Shown here piece by piece: positions 9,715 through 18,328 of a stretch of 45,782 nt of DNA; the first letter of the stretch is position 1, and the number at the start of each line of letters is the position of its first letter. A program made the position numbers and the translations under genes. Below the pieces are notes generated by a model, which was not told the origin of the DNA, searched no databases, and saw only the letters and a program-made list of their open reading frames with translations. Origin of the DNA: Candidatus Acidiferrum sp. (lineage in GTDB: Bacteria > Acidobacteriota > Terriglobia > Acidiferrales > UBA7541); NCBI GenBank assembly GCA_036491775.1, contig DASXBH010000314.1, positions 1-45,782 of the forward strand. The letters run 5' to 3'.

Positions 9715-10980
9715 TTATGCCTTGCTTGCTTGTTGAAGAACATCGTGTAAACGCTGCGCGACGATTGTGTCTTCCCCGGGCTGCAACATCCAAACACCGA
9801 CGACAATCGTATTAGCTCCGCCCGGCAATCCTGCACTTGCAGGAGCCCCGCCCGTGGATGGATTCAGCTCAATCCGCGGCTTGCCTCCGCGCATCTTTTG
9901 CATGACTTCAGCGCCCGTGATCTTGATTCGGCTCTGGTCGTAAGTGATGAGCAAGTGTGGAACATGGTTGGCAATTTCAGGAACGAAGATCTGAGTCTGG
10001 ACCGTCGGAATCCCGCTCAAGTGTTTGGCGATACGATCAGCCCTCTGTCGGCATTGTGCTTCAATCGCGGCATCATCCTGTTTGAGGAACCAGTCCACGG
10101 CAGCGACCAGACCTACGATCTCCTCTTTCGCCACCTTCATTCCGCGCCCAATCGTGTTTGAGTTCGGGGAATTATTTTTCCGGGCGGCGTCAATTAGATC
10201 CTTTCTTCCCAATAGCAAGCCGGTGCACTGCGGTCCGCGAAGTCCCTTTCCTCCGGAGAACGTCACCAGATCGAATCCCATCTCGGTGTATTTCCATAGG
10301 TTGGAAATTGGTGGCACATCCGCCGCAGCGTCGTTGAAACAAGGCACTCCATGTTTGTGCGCCACTCGCACCCAGTCTTCGCGGCTGATCTTCCCCGCAC
10401 CCGCATTGAAAAAGTGGGCCATGACTGTACGTTCGTTGAATGCCTGCTCGTATTGCTCGAGAGTTTCCACCTCCACAAAGAGAATGCCGCAATTACGGAG
10501 AGCGTGGTCATAGCCGTAGCGATGAGATTTCTGAACGATCACTTCATTCTTGAGTTCAGACATATCCGTTGGAATATCCAGAATGGGTTGATCGTTTCCT
10601 CTGGTGATGCATGCAGCTGTTCCTACCGCGAGTGCCGCGGCGGCGCCGGAGGTGACGAGAGCCGCTTCACATCGAAGTTTCCTGGCCAGATACACTCCTG
10701 ATGCATCGAGAAGCTCATTGAGATTTACCGGCCGTTTCGCTGCGAGTTCCACCGCCGCCCGTACTTCGTCTGGCATTGACGAGGCTGAAAGTACTGTATA
10801 GGTGCCGGCCGCATTGATAAACGGAGTTACCCCGAGCTTCTGGTAATAGTCCACGACTTTGGGCGCTGTTTTCGCTGATTCCTGAGCCTCCAGATTGGAG
10901 ATTCCAGAAAGCGCTACGCCGCCCACGACAACCGCCTGCGCTCCGTCTCGTAGAAGTTTTCTCCGACTCATCTGTCGCAT
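9715..10980 (-). CDS. SelA-like/DgaE-like PLP-dependent enzyme, paralog 1, Tat signal
   Basis: INAAGTYT, VTSGAAAAL, DAAAD and the PLP-lysine motif FSGGKGLRGPQ, plus RGMKVAKEEI. Start reassigned to ATG 10980 (GGAGGGA RBS), giving N-terminus MRQMSRRKLL. Confidence 0.85.
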   Translation of the reverse strand: MRQMSRRKLLRDGAQAVVVGGVALSGISNLEAQESAKTAPKVVDYYQKLGVTPFINAAGTYTVLSASSMPDEVRAAVELAAKRPVNLNELLDASGVYLARKLRCEAALVTSGAAAALAVGTAACITRGNDQPILDIPTDMSELKNEVIVQKSHRYGYDHALRNCGILFVEVETLEQYEQAFNERTVMAHFFNAGAGKISREDWVRVAHKHGVPCFNDAAADVPPISNLWKYTEMGFDLVTFSGGKGLRGPQCTGLLLGRKDLIDAARKNNSPNSNTIGRGMKVAKEEIVGLVAAVDWFLKQDDAAIEAQCRQRADRIAKHLSGIPTVQTQIFVPEIANHVPHLLITYDQSRIKITGAEVMQKMRGGKPRIELNPSTGGAPASAGLPGGANTIVVGVWMLQPGEDTIVAQRLHDVLQQASKA

Positions 10981-11020
10981 GATTAGTCCCTCCTTCGAAA
11001 GCAACGACTGCTGACCGAGT

Positions 11021-12379
11021 TCAGTCCCGTGGAAAATCGTCGGCTCTGGCCGGCACAGACTCCCCGCGATCCGGAGTCGTGAAATACTGCGGACGCGCTT
11101 TTTCCCACTCGACCATGCTGAGGCCGGAAGGATCGTAAGAAATGCGTCCTGCACGGATCGTCATGCGGGCCATCAGTCGTACATTGGCATCCATTTTGGC
11201 GACGCCGCAATCGATGTAGCCGAAACGACCCTTCATGAGTTCTAGAACCGCAATATCAGCATCTTTGCCTACGGACAGCGTACCCAGTTCCGGTCTGTGA
11301 ATCTCGCTTGCCGGATTCACCGTGGAGCGGCGAATGACATCGTCAAGGGGAACACCCATTGCTAAAAATTTGGACATGACGTTGTTCATGCTGACGGTCG
11401 TGTAATTTCCCGTATGCAAATCGGTAGAGATGGAATCTGGGATAAATCCCTGTTTCTCGGCTGGGACCGCATTACGAAACCAGAAACTGCCGCTTCCATG
11501 CCCGACATCAAAAATGACGCCGCGGGCGCGGGCCTCGGCGAGGGCGGGATTGAGTTTTCCGTCGGGAAGAATAATGGGAAATTGTTGAGCGAATACGTGA
11601 GTGTGAATGTCGCCCGGCCGCATTTTCTTGAGAATCAAGTCCTCGTAAGTTCTGTCCGGTCGCGGCCAGAAATCGTACATGACGGGAACATTCGCGAGCG
11701 TAGCGCATTCGATCGCACGGTCAACCGCACCCCAAGGCACGTGTTCCCCATCCCAGGGTTCCTTCGTCCAGTAGTGGGCAGTTTTTACTCCTACAATGAG
11801 GTCGGGATATCGTTTGATCGTGGCGGCGCAAAGCTTCGAGTCCATTTGATCCAGGCTCTGCTCGAGCCCACCGCTCATGCCGTTCGCGACGATATTCAGA
11901 AAGGCCAGGACTCGGACTTTGGCCCGGTCGATGACTTCTTCCTTCTCCATGAGAAATGTCTCAGCACCCGCGGTGCCGGCGTCCACGATTGTCGTCACGC
12001 CTGATTGCAATGCCAGATCGGCCGGAATTCCCAGGGGCAAAGCATGCGCGCGTGCTTCAGGCGCGAACCAGTTCAGGGGTGCGCCGCCATGGCCCACGTG
12101 GTAATGAATGTCGATGAGTCCAGGCGTGACATAGAGCTTGGATACGTCCACAACCTTGCCCGCCAGTTCAGCCGGGATGTTTTTTTCAACGGCCGCAATT
12201 TTTCCTTGGGAGACAGCGACGTCTCGCACGTCGTCAATGTGATTGGCCGGGTCAATTACATGACCGCCCTTTAGCAGCAGATCGTAATGAGGGGATTGCG
12301 CAGAAAGTACAACAGGAAATACGAAGGCGATTGCGACTACCACGATGACTGCGGGAAACATTTTTATCCAGCTCTGCAT
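11021..12379 (-). CDS. Secreted amidohydrolase/deacetylase-family metallohydrolase (COG3964, dihydroorotase-like)
   Basis: PGLIDIHYH, GVTTIVDAGTAG, VGVKT, PGDIHTH, FDVGHGSGSF, ISTDLH and GTLSVGKDADIAV. Start reassigned to ATG 12379 (GAGG upstream). Signal peptide ends VLSA-Q. Confidence 0.85.
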   Translation of the reverse strand: MQSWIKMFPAVIVVVAIAFVFPVVLSAQSPHYDLLLKGGHVIDPANHIDDVRDVAVSQGKIAAVEKNIPAELAGKVVDVSKLYVTPGLIDIHYHVGHGGAPLNWFAPEARAHALPLGIPADLALQSGVTTIVDAGTAGAETFLMEKEEVIDRAKVRVLAFLNIVANGMSGGLEQSLDQMDSKLCAATIKRYPDLIVGVKTAHYWTKEPWDGEHVPWGAVDRAIECATLANVPVMYDFWPRPDRTYEDLILKKMRPGDIHTHVFAQQFPIILPDGKLNPALAEARARGVIFDVGHGSGSFWFRNAVPAEKQGFIPDSISTDLHTGNYTTVSMNNVMSKFLAMGVPLDDVIRRSTVNPASEIHRPELGTLSVGKDADIAVLELMKGRFGYIDCGVAKMDANVRLMARMTIRAGRISYDPSGLSMVEWEKARPQYFTTPDRGESVPARADDFPRD

Positions 12380-12516
12380 AGGGCCTCGTGTTCTTGGTAG
12401 AAGCGAAAGTGTACTCAGTGCGAATGAGATTGTCATCATTCCTCGGACAACAGGTCAAACGAGTTGTAAGAAGATCGGCGCTAGCGTAATCTGATCGCGG
12501 TTTTCGCTTCATCGAC

Positions 12517-12533
12517 AAGAAAATAGATTTTGT
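12517..12533. promoter_or_regulatory. Weak candidate IclR-type operator AAGAAA-N5-TTTTGT in a divergent intergenic region
   Basis: 13/17 match to the reverse complement of the 30547-30563 palindrome. Lies between the divergent amidohydrolase and DUF362 operons. Confidence 0.3.
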
Positions 12534-12548
12534 ACCAGGGGCCCTCGT

Positions 12549-13709
12549 ATGGATCGCCGTACTTTCGTCAAGGCGGGTTGCATTGGAAGCGCTTCGTTAT
12601 TGGTGCAGGGGCTGGATCCCTTGATCCGAGCAGATTCGGCTCCAGTTGCTGAGCCTCCCATCGAACTCCACGGGCTTACCGACTTCAAACCCTCGCCGCT
12701 GGGTATGCCGGGACTGTATCCGGCGCGTGTCGTCGAGATCCGCGAGGCGAAAGCGATCCTTAGTAACCGGGTTTCCCAGCCCATCGTGAGTCGGATGCTC
12801 GAGCGCGCAATGAAGGAACTGACAGGTGAGGGTTCCGCGCGGGACGCATGGGCCAAGTTTATTCAGCCGAGCGATGTAGTCGGAATCAAGATTAATCCAT
12901 CGGGAGCGCCGGCCTGTTGTTCATCCCCCGAGATCGTACGCGAGATCATCAGCTCCGTTCAGGCGCTCGGAGTTCCTGCAAAGAACATCGTTGTGTACGA
13001 TCGGTATTCTTACGAGATTGACCTCGGAAGTTATCAACCCTTGCTGCCTGCGGGGGTTCGAATCGTAGGTATCCAGGAAGCTTTTTCGAGCGGCGGCGGC
13101 TATGACTCGAATGTCTATTGTGACGCGAACTTTTTTGGAGAGTGGGAAACCCGCTCGTATATGGCGAGCATTGTAGTTCACGAAGTAACGAAGATCATCA
13201 ATGTGCCGACGATGAAAGACCACTCGGCTTCCGGTGTTACCGGGGCCCTGAAGAATCTCGCTTACGGCACGTTCAACAATGTGGCGCGTACGCATCGTGC
13301 ACCGCATTCCTTCACGAACCCTTTGATCGGATTGATGTGCACCGTCGAACCGTTACGGTCGAAATCTGTGCTGCACATCATGGACGGCATGCGGCAGGTC
13401 TGGCATGGAGGTCCCCTTACTCAAGTTCAGGAGTTTATTAATCAGGCAGGCATTCTTCTCGTAGGAACGGATCCTGTGGCAATGGACATCATCGAACTCG
13501 AGGCAATTGAGAAGACTCGTCGGGAGCGAGGCGCGCCTTCATTGTGGCAGCACGACTCGAAGAGCATCACCGCGGATAGTGATGAATTTCATCACGATGC
13601 TTCCAAGAATTTGTTCTATCGTCAGCCAGCACACATTGCGGCGGCTGGGCAGCTCGGGCTCGGCGTGGGAGACCTGAAGCAAATCGATCATCGTATCCTC
13701 TCTGTCTAA
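12549..13709 (+). CDS. DUF362-domain protein, Tat signal
   Basis: MDRRTFVK signal. Motifs DVVGIKIN, IINVPTMKDH..GVTGALKN and GTDPVAMD. Confidence 0.8.
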   Translation: MDRRTFVKAGCIGSASLLVQGLDPLIRADSAPVAEPPIELHGLTDFKPSPLGMPGLYPARVVEIREAKAILSNRVSQPIVSRMLERAMKELTGEGSARDAWAKFIQPSDVVGIKINPSGAPACCSSPEIVREIISSVQALGVPAKNIVVYDRYSYEIDLGSYQPLLPAGVRIVGIQEAFSSGGGYDSNVYCDANFFGEWETRSYMASIVVHEVTKIINVPTMKDHSASGVTGALKNLAYGTFNNVARTHRAPHSFTNPLIGLMCTVEPLRSKSVLHIMDGMRQVWHGGPLTQVQEFINQAGILLVGTDPVAMDIIELEAIEKTRRERGAPSLWQHDSKSITADSDEFHHDASKNLFYRQPAHIAAAGQLGLGVGDLKQIDHRILSV

Positions 13710-13714
13710 TTCGA

Positions 13715-14767
13715 ATGATGAGAGAAACAGATAATTCCAAAACTGGTAGAGACTGGCCTACCCTGCTCAACGATAACGCTCGCACGGGAGGGCAGGGGCT
13801 GCGTCCAGCGCACTCGCCAGAACGAGCTGTTTGGCAGTTTCGCGCCAGCAGTTCAGTGCGTTCGGCACCGATTCTCGAGGACGGCATTCTGTACGTCGCT
13901 TCCGTTTCGGGTGCACTGCACGCGATTCGTGCCGATACGGGCACTGCAAGTTGGAAATTTCAGGCCGCTGGTCAGATACATTCCACTCCATCGCTGTTTG
14001 CAGACCAAATTCTGTTCGGATCCGATGACGGCAAAGTGTACTCACTCGACCGGCGGAACGGAACGAAGCTGTGGGAGGCTCCGACCGGAGCTGAAGTGTG
14101 GACGTCTCCCGTGATCCGGAACGGAGTTGCGTTTTTCGGAAGCGCGGACGCACAGGTCTATGCGGTCGACGCGACAACCGGCAGGAAACGTTGGACGAAG
14201 GAGCTCGCTGGACGAATCTATTCCACAATCTACGCGGCCGAGCAGCAACTCTATCTCGGGTGCGGAGATGGAAAAGTTTATTGCCTCGATTCTTCGTCCG
14301 GGAAAATATTGTGGAGTTCGCCGACCGGCAACGGCATCGATTCGTCACCGTCCGTAGTTGGCGATTTGGTTCTGATCGGCTCAGAAGATTTTTTCTTCTA
14401 TGCGATGAGCGCGACCACAGGACAGCTGAGCTGGAAGTACGAGACAGGGTTGGGCATCGCGTCTTCGCCCGCCGTTTGGAACGACCTGACGGTTTTCGGC
14501 AGCAAGGATGGTTTTCTCTACGCGCTTGAAACTCAAACCGGGAAGTTGCGGTGGAAGACAGCGGTCGGCGAAGTAGTGACCGCGCCTCCCGTGATTGGCG
14601 ATGGAGTTGTTTGCATCCAGGCAGGTGCTACGTTTGCATTGGACATCGCCTCTGGCAAGGTTGTATGGAGGGCGGCTCTTGCGGGCGCAATCCAATCCGT
14701 ACCGGTGCTGGCGGGCGAGACCATTTATCTGGCGAGCCTGAGCGGTGAGGTTTATGCGCTGCGATAA
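13715..14767 (+). CDS. PQQ-like/BamB-like beta-propeller repeat protein, no evident signal peptide
   Basis: About eight repeats of SSPxV..FGSxDGxxYALDxxTGxxxW. Confidence 0.85.
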   Translation: MMRETDNSKTGRDWPTLLNDNARTGGQGLRPAHSPERAVWQFRASSSVRSAPILEDGILYVASVSGALHAIRADTGTASWKFQAAGQIHSTPSLFADQILFGSDDGKVYSLDRRNGTKLWEAPTGAEVWTSPVIRNGVAFFGSADAQVYAVDATTGRKRWTKELAGRIYSTIYAAEQQLYLGCGDGKVYCLDSSSGKILWSSPTGNGIDSSPSVVGDLVLIGSEDFFFYAMSATTGQLSWKYETGLGIASSPAVWNDLTVFGSKDGFLYALETQTGKLRWKTAVGEVVTAPPVIGDGVVCIQAGATFALDIASGKVVWRAALAGAIQSVPVLAGETIYLASLSGEVYALR

Positions 14768-15761
14768 GCGACCAATCGCAATGCTGATTGCCTTCTGCTT
14801 AGTCGGCTCTCTCATCCACAGTTCAGACAATCGAGCTCTGGTTTACAAAAAGAAGTATGTCATGGGTACGGTCTTCGAAATCGCTGCCTATGACAACTCC
14901 TCGGAACATGCCGCCAATGCAATCGAGAAGGCGTTTCAGGAGGTCGTTCGCCTCGATGATCTGATGAGCAACTACAAACCGGAGAGCGCCCTGAGCAAGC
15001 TGAACCGCTCCGGCCATTTTCATGAAGAGGAAGTTCCGTCCGACTTGTATCGCGTCATTGAGCAGGCCGTGCAGTTTTCAAGACTGTCCGATGGAAAATT
15101 CGATATCTCCGTGGCGCCGCTCGTGAATTTGTGGAAGGCTGCGCTGCGTGGTGAAAGCACACCTTCTCGGGCACAGGAAGAGGAGGTTCGAAACTGCGTC
15201 GGCTACGAAAAGATCGAATTGACTCCGCCTGACCGAATCAGTTTTCGTTCTTCCTGTTTGCAGCTAGACTTGGGCGCCATTGGGAAAGGGTATGCTGTGG
15301 ATCGGGCTGCTGAAGTCCTGCACTCCCTGAGTATCAACGATGCCGTGGTCAATGGGGGTGGCAGCACCATATTCGCGATGGGGGCGCCTCCCGGCCAGAA
15401 AGGCTGGCTTATCCACCTGCGAGATCCCTCCAACAAGGTGGATCCGCAGGTCCTACTCAAGGATGAAAGCGTTTCCACATCAGAGCAGACGGGGCCTAGT
15501 TTGCTGGGAAATGATTCACCCGGGCACATCATCGATCCGGACACAGGAGTTCCACTGAAAACGGAGTTCGCCGTCAGCGTGGTTTCGAAAACCGCAACGG
15601 AATCGGACGGTCTTTCAACAACGCTTTTACTTCTTGGTCCGACGAAGGGCAGGGCACTGATCAAGGGCAGGGCGGATGCCTCCGCAGTTTGGATTTCCCA
15701 TGATGCGCAAGTGGAGACCGTAATCGGCGGCCGGCAGATTCTTTTTGGCAGAAGGGAATAG
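14754..15761 (+). CDS. apbE: FAD:protein FMN transferase (ApbE family)
   Basis: MGTVFEI, MSNYKPESALSKLN, SDGKFDISVAPLVNLW, LDLGAIGKGYAVD, HIIDPDTG and SDGLST. ATG 14754 follows GAGG and overlaps the upstream gene. Confidence 0.88.
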   Translation: MRCDKRPIAMLIAFCLVGSLIHSSDNRALVYKKKYVMGTVFEIAAYDNSSEHAANAIEKAFQEVVRLDDLMSNYKPESALSKLNRSGHFHEEEVPSDLYRVIEQAVQFSRLSDGKFDISVAPLVNLWKAALRGESTPSRAQEEEVRNCVGYEKIELTPPDRISFRSSCLQLDLGAIGKGYAVDRAAEVLHSLSINDAVVNGGGSTIFAMGAPPGQKGWLIHLRDPSNKVDPQVLLKDESVSTSEQTGPSLLGNDSPGHIIDPDTGVPLKTEFAVSVVSKTATESDGLSTTLLLLGPTKGRALIKGRADASAVWISHDAQVETVIGGRQILFGRRE

Positions 15762-15780
15762 TGGTTCCGACTGGGCAATT

Positions 15781-17211
15781 ATGAGCATTCGTAACAGGAT
15801 CCTCGCAGGGGCCTTCGTGCTCGTCTGCAGTTCCGCGTGGTGCAATGTCTTCGTACATTGGACAAGTTCTACTGTCCCGCCCGTCGCGGAACTGGGCATG
15901 AACAATCTGGTGCTCTCTTGGAACGAGAACGTTTCGGCTCAGGTGAAGGCAGCTCGGAAGCAAGGCTATCAAGTGTATGTCGAAGTTCCGCTTGATCAGG
16001 CTACAGGCGTGGCCGAAACCGCGAGCGGACTGGCAGGGATTATCCTCCGCGCTCCTGCCTCCAAAAGTGGCGAGCTAGAAAAATCTTTGCCGAAACTGCA
16101 ATCGGCTCACCCCAAGCTCAGGTTTGTCGTTCTCGACCCCGATGGCAAGCGGCCGGAAATGCGCGGAAGTCTCGTGATCAAGCGTAACTCTGTGCTCGAG
16201 GTATCGAGTCCCACCGCTCAACCGTGGATTGACAGCAATCTCGCTCTCGTGAAGGTTGAACAACGGTCGAATCCCGCACAGGTTCCGATGTATACCTTTT
16301 CGTGGGGAGGAGATTCCGGCCAGCAACAGCCAGCACTCACAGCGGAAGATTACTCCCTGGCGGTGGCTGAGGCGGGTGCCTGTCATGCGGATTTAATGCT
16401 GGAGCTTGAGGACCGCTTGCAGAAAGGCCTCATCGATCATGATCCGCAAGCCCGAGCACTCTGGAGACAGGTGCGATCTTACGCAGGCTTCTACTCACAC
16501 GCTGCCGAGCAAGCGATGGAAGCTGCCGCCACGGTCGCTGTCGTAGTTGACGATTTCGATCCGAGTGACGAAGTCATGAACCTTCTGGCTCGTCACAACA
16601 TTCCGTTCCAGGTTCTGCGTCCTGCAGACTTGCAATCGGCTGATCTGAGAGGCTTCGATGTGATAGCTGTGTTCGCGAAGCCCGACAGGCCGGCGTGTGA
16701 ACGAATGGGCGAGCTTGCAAAGCTGGGCAAAACCGTCGTACTGGTGGACGCGCACGGTTCTTATCCGTGGCAGAACGATCAGCCCGTTCGCGTGAATGAG
16801 CACGTACTGTCCTATGCCGTTGGGAAAGGGAAGGTGCTTGAGCTCGCAGAACCTGTCACTGATCCCGAAACGTTTGCCCAGGACATTCGCAGGCTGCTGG
16901 GAACGCAAAACGTCCTGATGAATCTCTGGAATGGATTGACTACGATTGCGGTGCCGTACCGTGAGCACAGCGGAACCGTAAAGGTGCTCGAGCTAATCAA
17001 CTACTCCGGAGATCCGCTTCGGCTGCAAGTGCAAGTTAAAGGAACGTTCGCTTCCATCCGCTACGAAACAGCGGGACATGCATGTTGTGAGTCTCTGGTC
17101 CCCGTAAAACACAACGGATTTACCGAATTCGTGATTCCGGAACTACAAATTGCAGGACGCGTCCATCTTGAGGCCAACCCAGGGCCTGATTCCCAACCCA
17201 GTCCCAGGTAA
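15781..17211 (+). CDS. Secreted hypothetical protein
   Basis: Long ORF in operon position with signal peptide MSIRNRILAGAFVLVCSSAWC. The C-terminal part (LLARHNIPFQVL, VGKGKV, LINYS) loosely recalls glycosidase trimerisation/GATase-like domains. Confidence 0.7.
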   Translation: MSIRNRILAGAFVLVCSSAWCNVFVHWTSSTVPPVAELGMNNLVLSWNENVSAQVKAARKQGYQVYVEVPLDQATGVAETASGLAGIILRAPASKSGELEKSLPKLQSAHPKLRFVVLDPDGKRPEMRGSLVIKRNSVLEVSSPTAQPWIDSNLALVKVEQRSNPAQVPMYTFSWGGDSGQQQPALTAEDYSLAVAEAGACHADLMLELEDRLQKGLIDHDPQARALWRQVRSYAGFYSHAAEQAMEAAATVAVVVDDFDPSDEVMNLLARHNIPFQVLRPADLQSADLRGFDVIAVFAKPDRPACERMGELAKLGKTVVLVDAHGSYPWQNDQPVRVNEHVLSYAVGKGKVLELAEPVTDPETFAQDIRRLLGTQNVLMNLWNGLTTIAVPYREHSGTVKVLELINYSGDPLRLQVQVKGTFASIRYETAGHACCESLVPVKHNGFTEFVIPELQIAGRVHLEANPGPDSQPSPR

Positions 17212-17218
17212 GTTTCAA

Positions 17219-17941
17219 CTAGCGGAATCTGCGGATGAAGAGAGTGTGGCGGTCTGATCGGTAAAGTCCTAACACGTACAACGCGACCTTGCCTTTTGTA
17301 GAGTAAATCTCCTGGCGAATGCGAAGTACGGCCGACCCGTTCGGAATGTCCAGGAGGCGGGCACTGTGAGGGTCGGCGGCGGTAGCATCGATCTCTTCGT
17401 CGGCATGCGCGATGTGGAGTCCGTAGTCGTGCTCCAGGATAGAGAACAGCGAAACGCGGTCGAGCCGCGCCCGAGTCAACTCCGCAAACTCGTCCGCGGA
17501 CAGGTAGCACGTCTCGATAGCAAACGGTTCGTCCCCACCGAGCCTGAGGCGTTCGACCTTGACCAGTCGGCTCGACGCGGGCAAACCGAGACGCGCCGCA
17601 ACCTCTTGCTCCGTATCTATCACACCCAAAGAGAGCAATTTGGATGACACCGGCAGGCCTCGGCCGGACATCTGCTCCGTATAGCTCATCAGCTTGTTGA
17701 AATGAATCTTGGGTGGGGCGACGAACGTTCCTGCGCCACGTCGCCGTACGACCATCCCCTCGCGCTCAAGTCCGGCGAGTGCGTGGCGAGCAGTCATCAG
17801 GCTTACCCCATGAATCTTCGCCAGTTCGCGCTCGGAATCGACAATGTCACCGGGTTTTAACTGTCCCGATTCGAGTCGTTTGACAATTGTGCCCTGAATT
17901 CGCTTGTAAGCGGGCAGTCCGTTTTTCCGGAGTTGTGGCAT
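17219..17941 (-). CDS. GntR-family (HutC/UTRA subfamily) transcriptional regulator
   Basis: wHTH SERELAKIHGVSLMTARHAL..RRRGAGTFV. UTRA domain ERLRLGGDEP..E..SLFSILE..YRSDR. Confidence 0.92.
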   Translation of the reverse strand: MPQLRKNGLPAYKRIQGTIVKRLESGQLKPGDIVDSERELAKIHGVSLMTARHALAGLEREGMVVRRRGAGTFVAPPKIHFNKLMSYTEQMSGRGLPVSSKLLSLGVIDTEQEVAARLGLPASSRLVKVERLRLGGDEPFAIETCYLSADEFAELTRARLDRVSLFSILEHDYGLHIAHADEEIDATAADPHSARLLDIPNGSAVLRIRQEIYSTKGKVALYVLGLYRSDRHTLFIRRFR

Positions 17942-18257
17942 GTACGTTCCTAGGAAAAGCTGACCATACTACAAAGTGCTCTAGGGCTCCAATAGAAAAC
18001 TGCGTCGGGCGTCCTCTCGTGTAGTTAACCCTATGAGGTCAATCCGGCCGGAGCTGTTGGCTCTGAGAAGTCAAGGACAAAACGTGAACTCAACTGATTT
18101 TTCTTTGCTAAGGCCATCATTTCATGGGGGTTTAAGGGTCTTCTGTAGTGATCGCCAACTTGATCGATTCCATGGCTGGAAGTTTACGACCCGCATCAAC
18201 CTCTTTTTCGACTAGTACAAATCCATTAAAAAAATGGCTGGCGATTGCATTTTTTTC

Positions 18258-18287
18258 TTGACGACGGTTAACCGTCCGCTATATAGC
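18258..18287 (+). promoter_or_regulatory. Candidate promoter of TonB receptor 1 with palindromic operator GACGGTTAACCGTC
   Basis: TTGACG at 18258-18263, a perfect 14-bp palindrome at 18263-18276, and a second palindrome GCTATATAGC at 18278-18287 over a -10-like TATA. RBS GAGGAG lies downstream. Confidence 0.5.
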
Positions 18288-18328
18288 ATAACCCCATCAC
18301 TCGTGTTCGGGTTCTGAGGAGGGCTGTG

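Noticed and set aside
10981-11154. Long N-terminal extensions given by the ORF track (also 39191-39355, 42852-42956, 34148-34240, 35687-35734)
   Set aside because: They overlap neighbouring genes or promoters, whereas downstream starts have RBSs and place signal peptides at the N-terminus.
11021-12379. Dihydroorotase (pyrC)
   Set aside because: It has a signal peptide, COG3964-type motifs (DVGHGSGSF, STDLH) and no pyrimidine gene context.
12400-12510. Distant inverted repeat GAAGCGAAA/TTTCGCTTC
   Set aside because: Only 9 bp with about 93 bp between arms, no target-site duplication and no other copies seen. It is compatible with chance.
13715-14767. bamB
   Set aside because: No lipoprotein signal and not in a bam/der context. 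Only the generic propeller repeat is shared.
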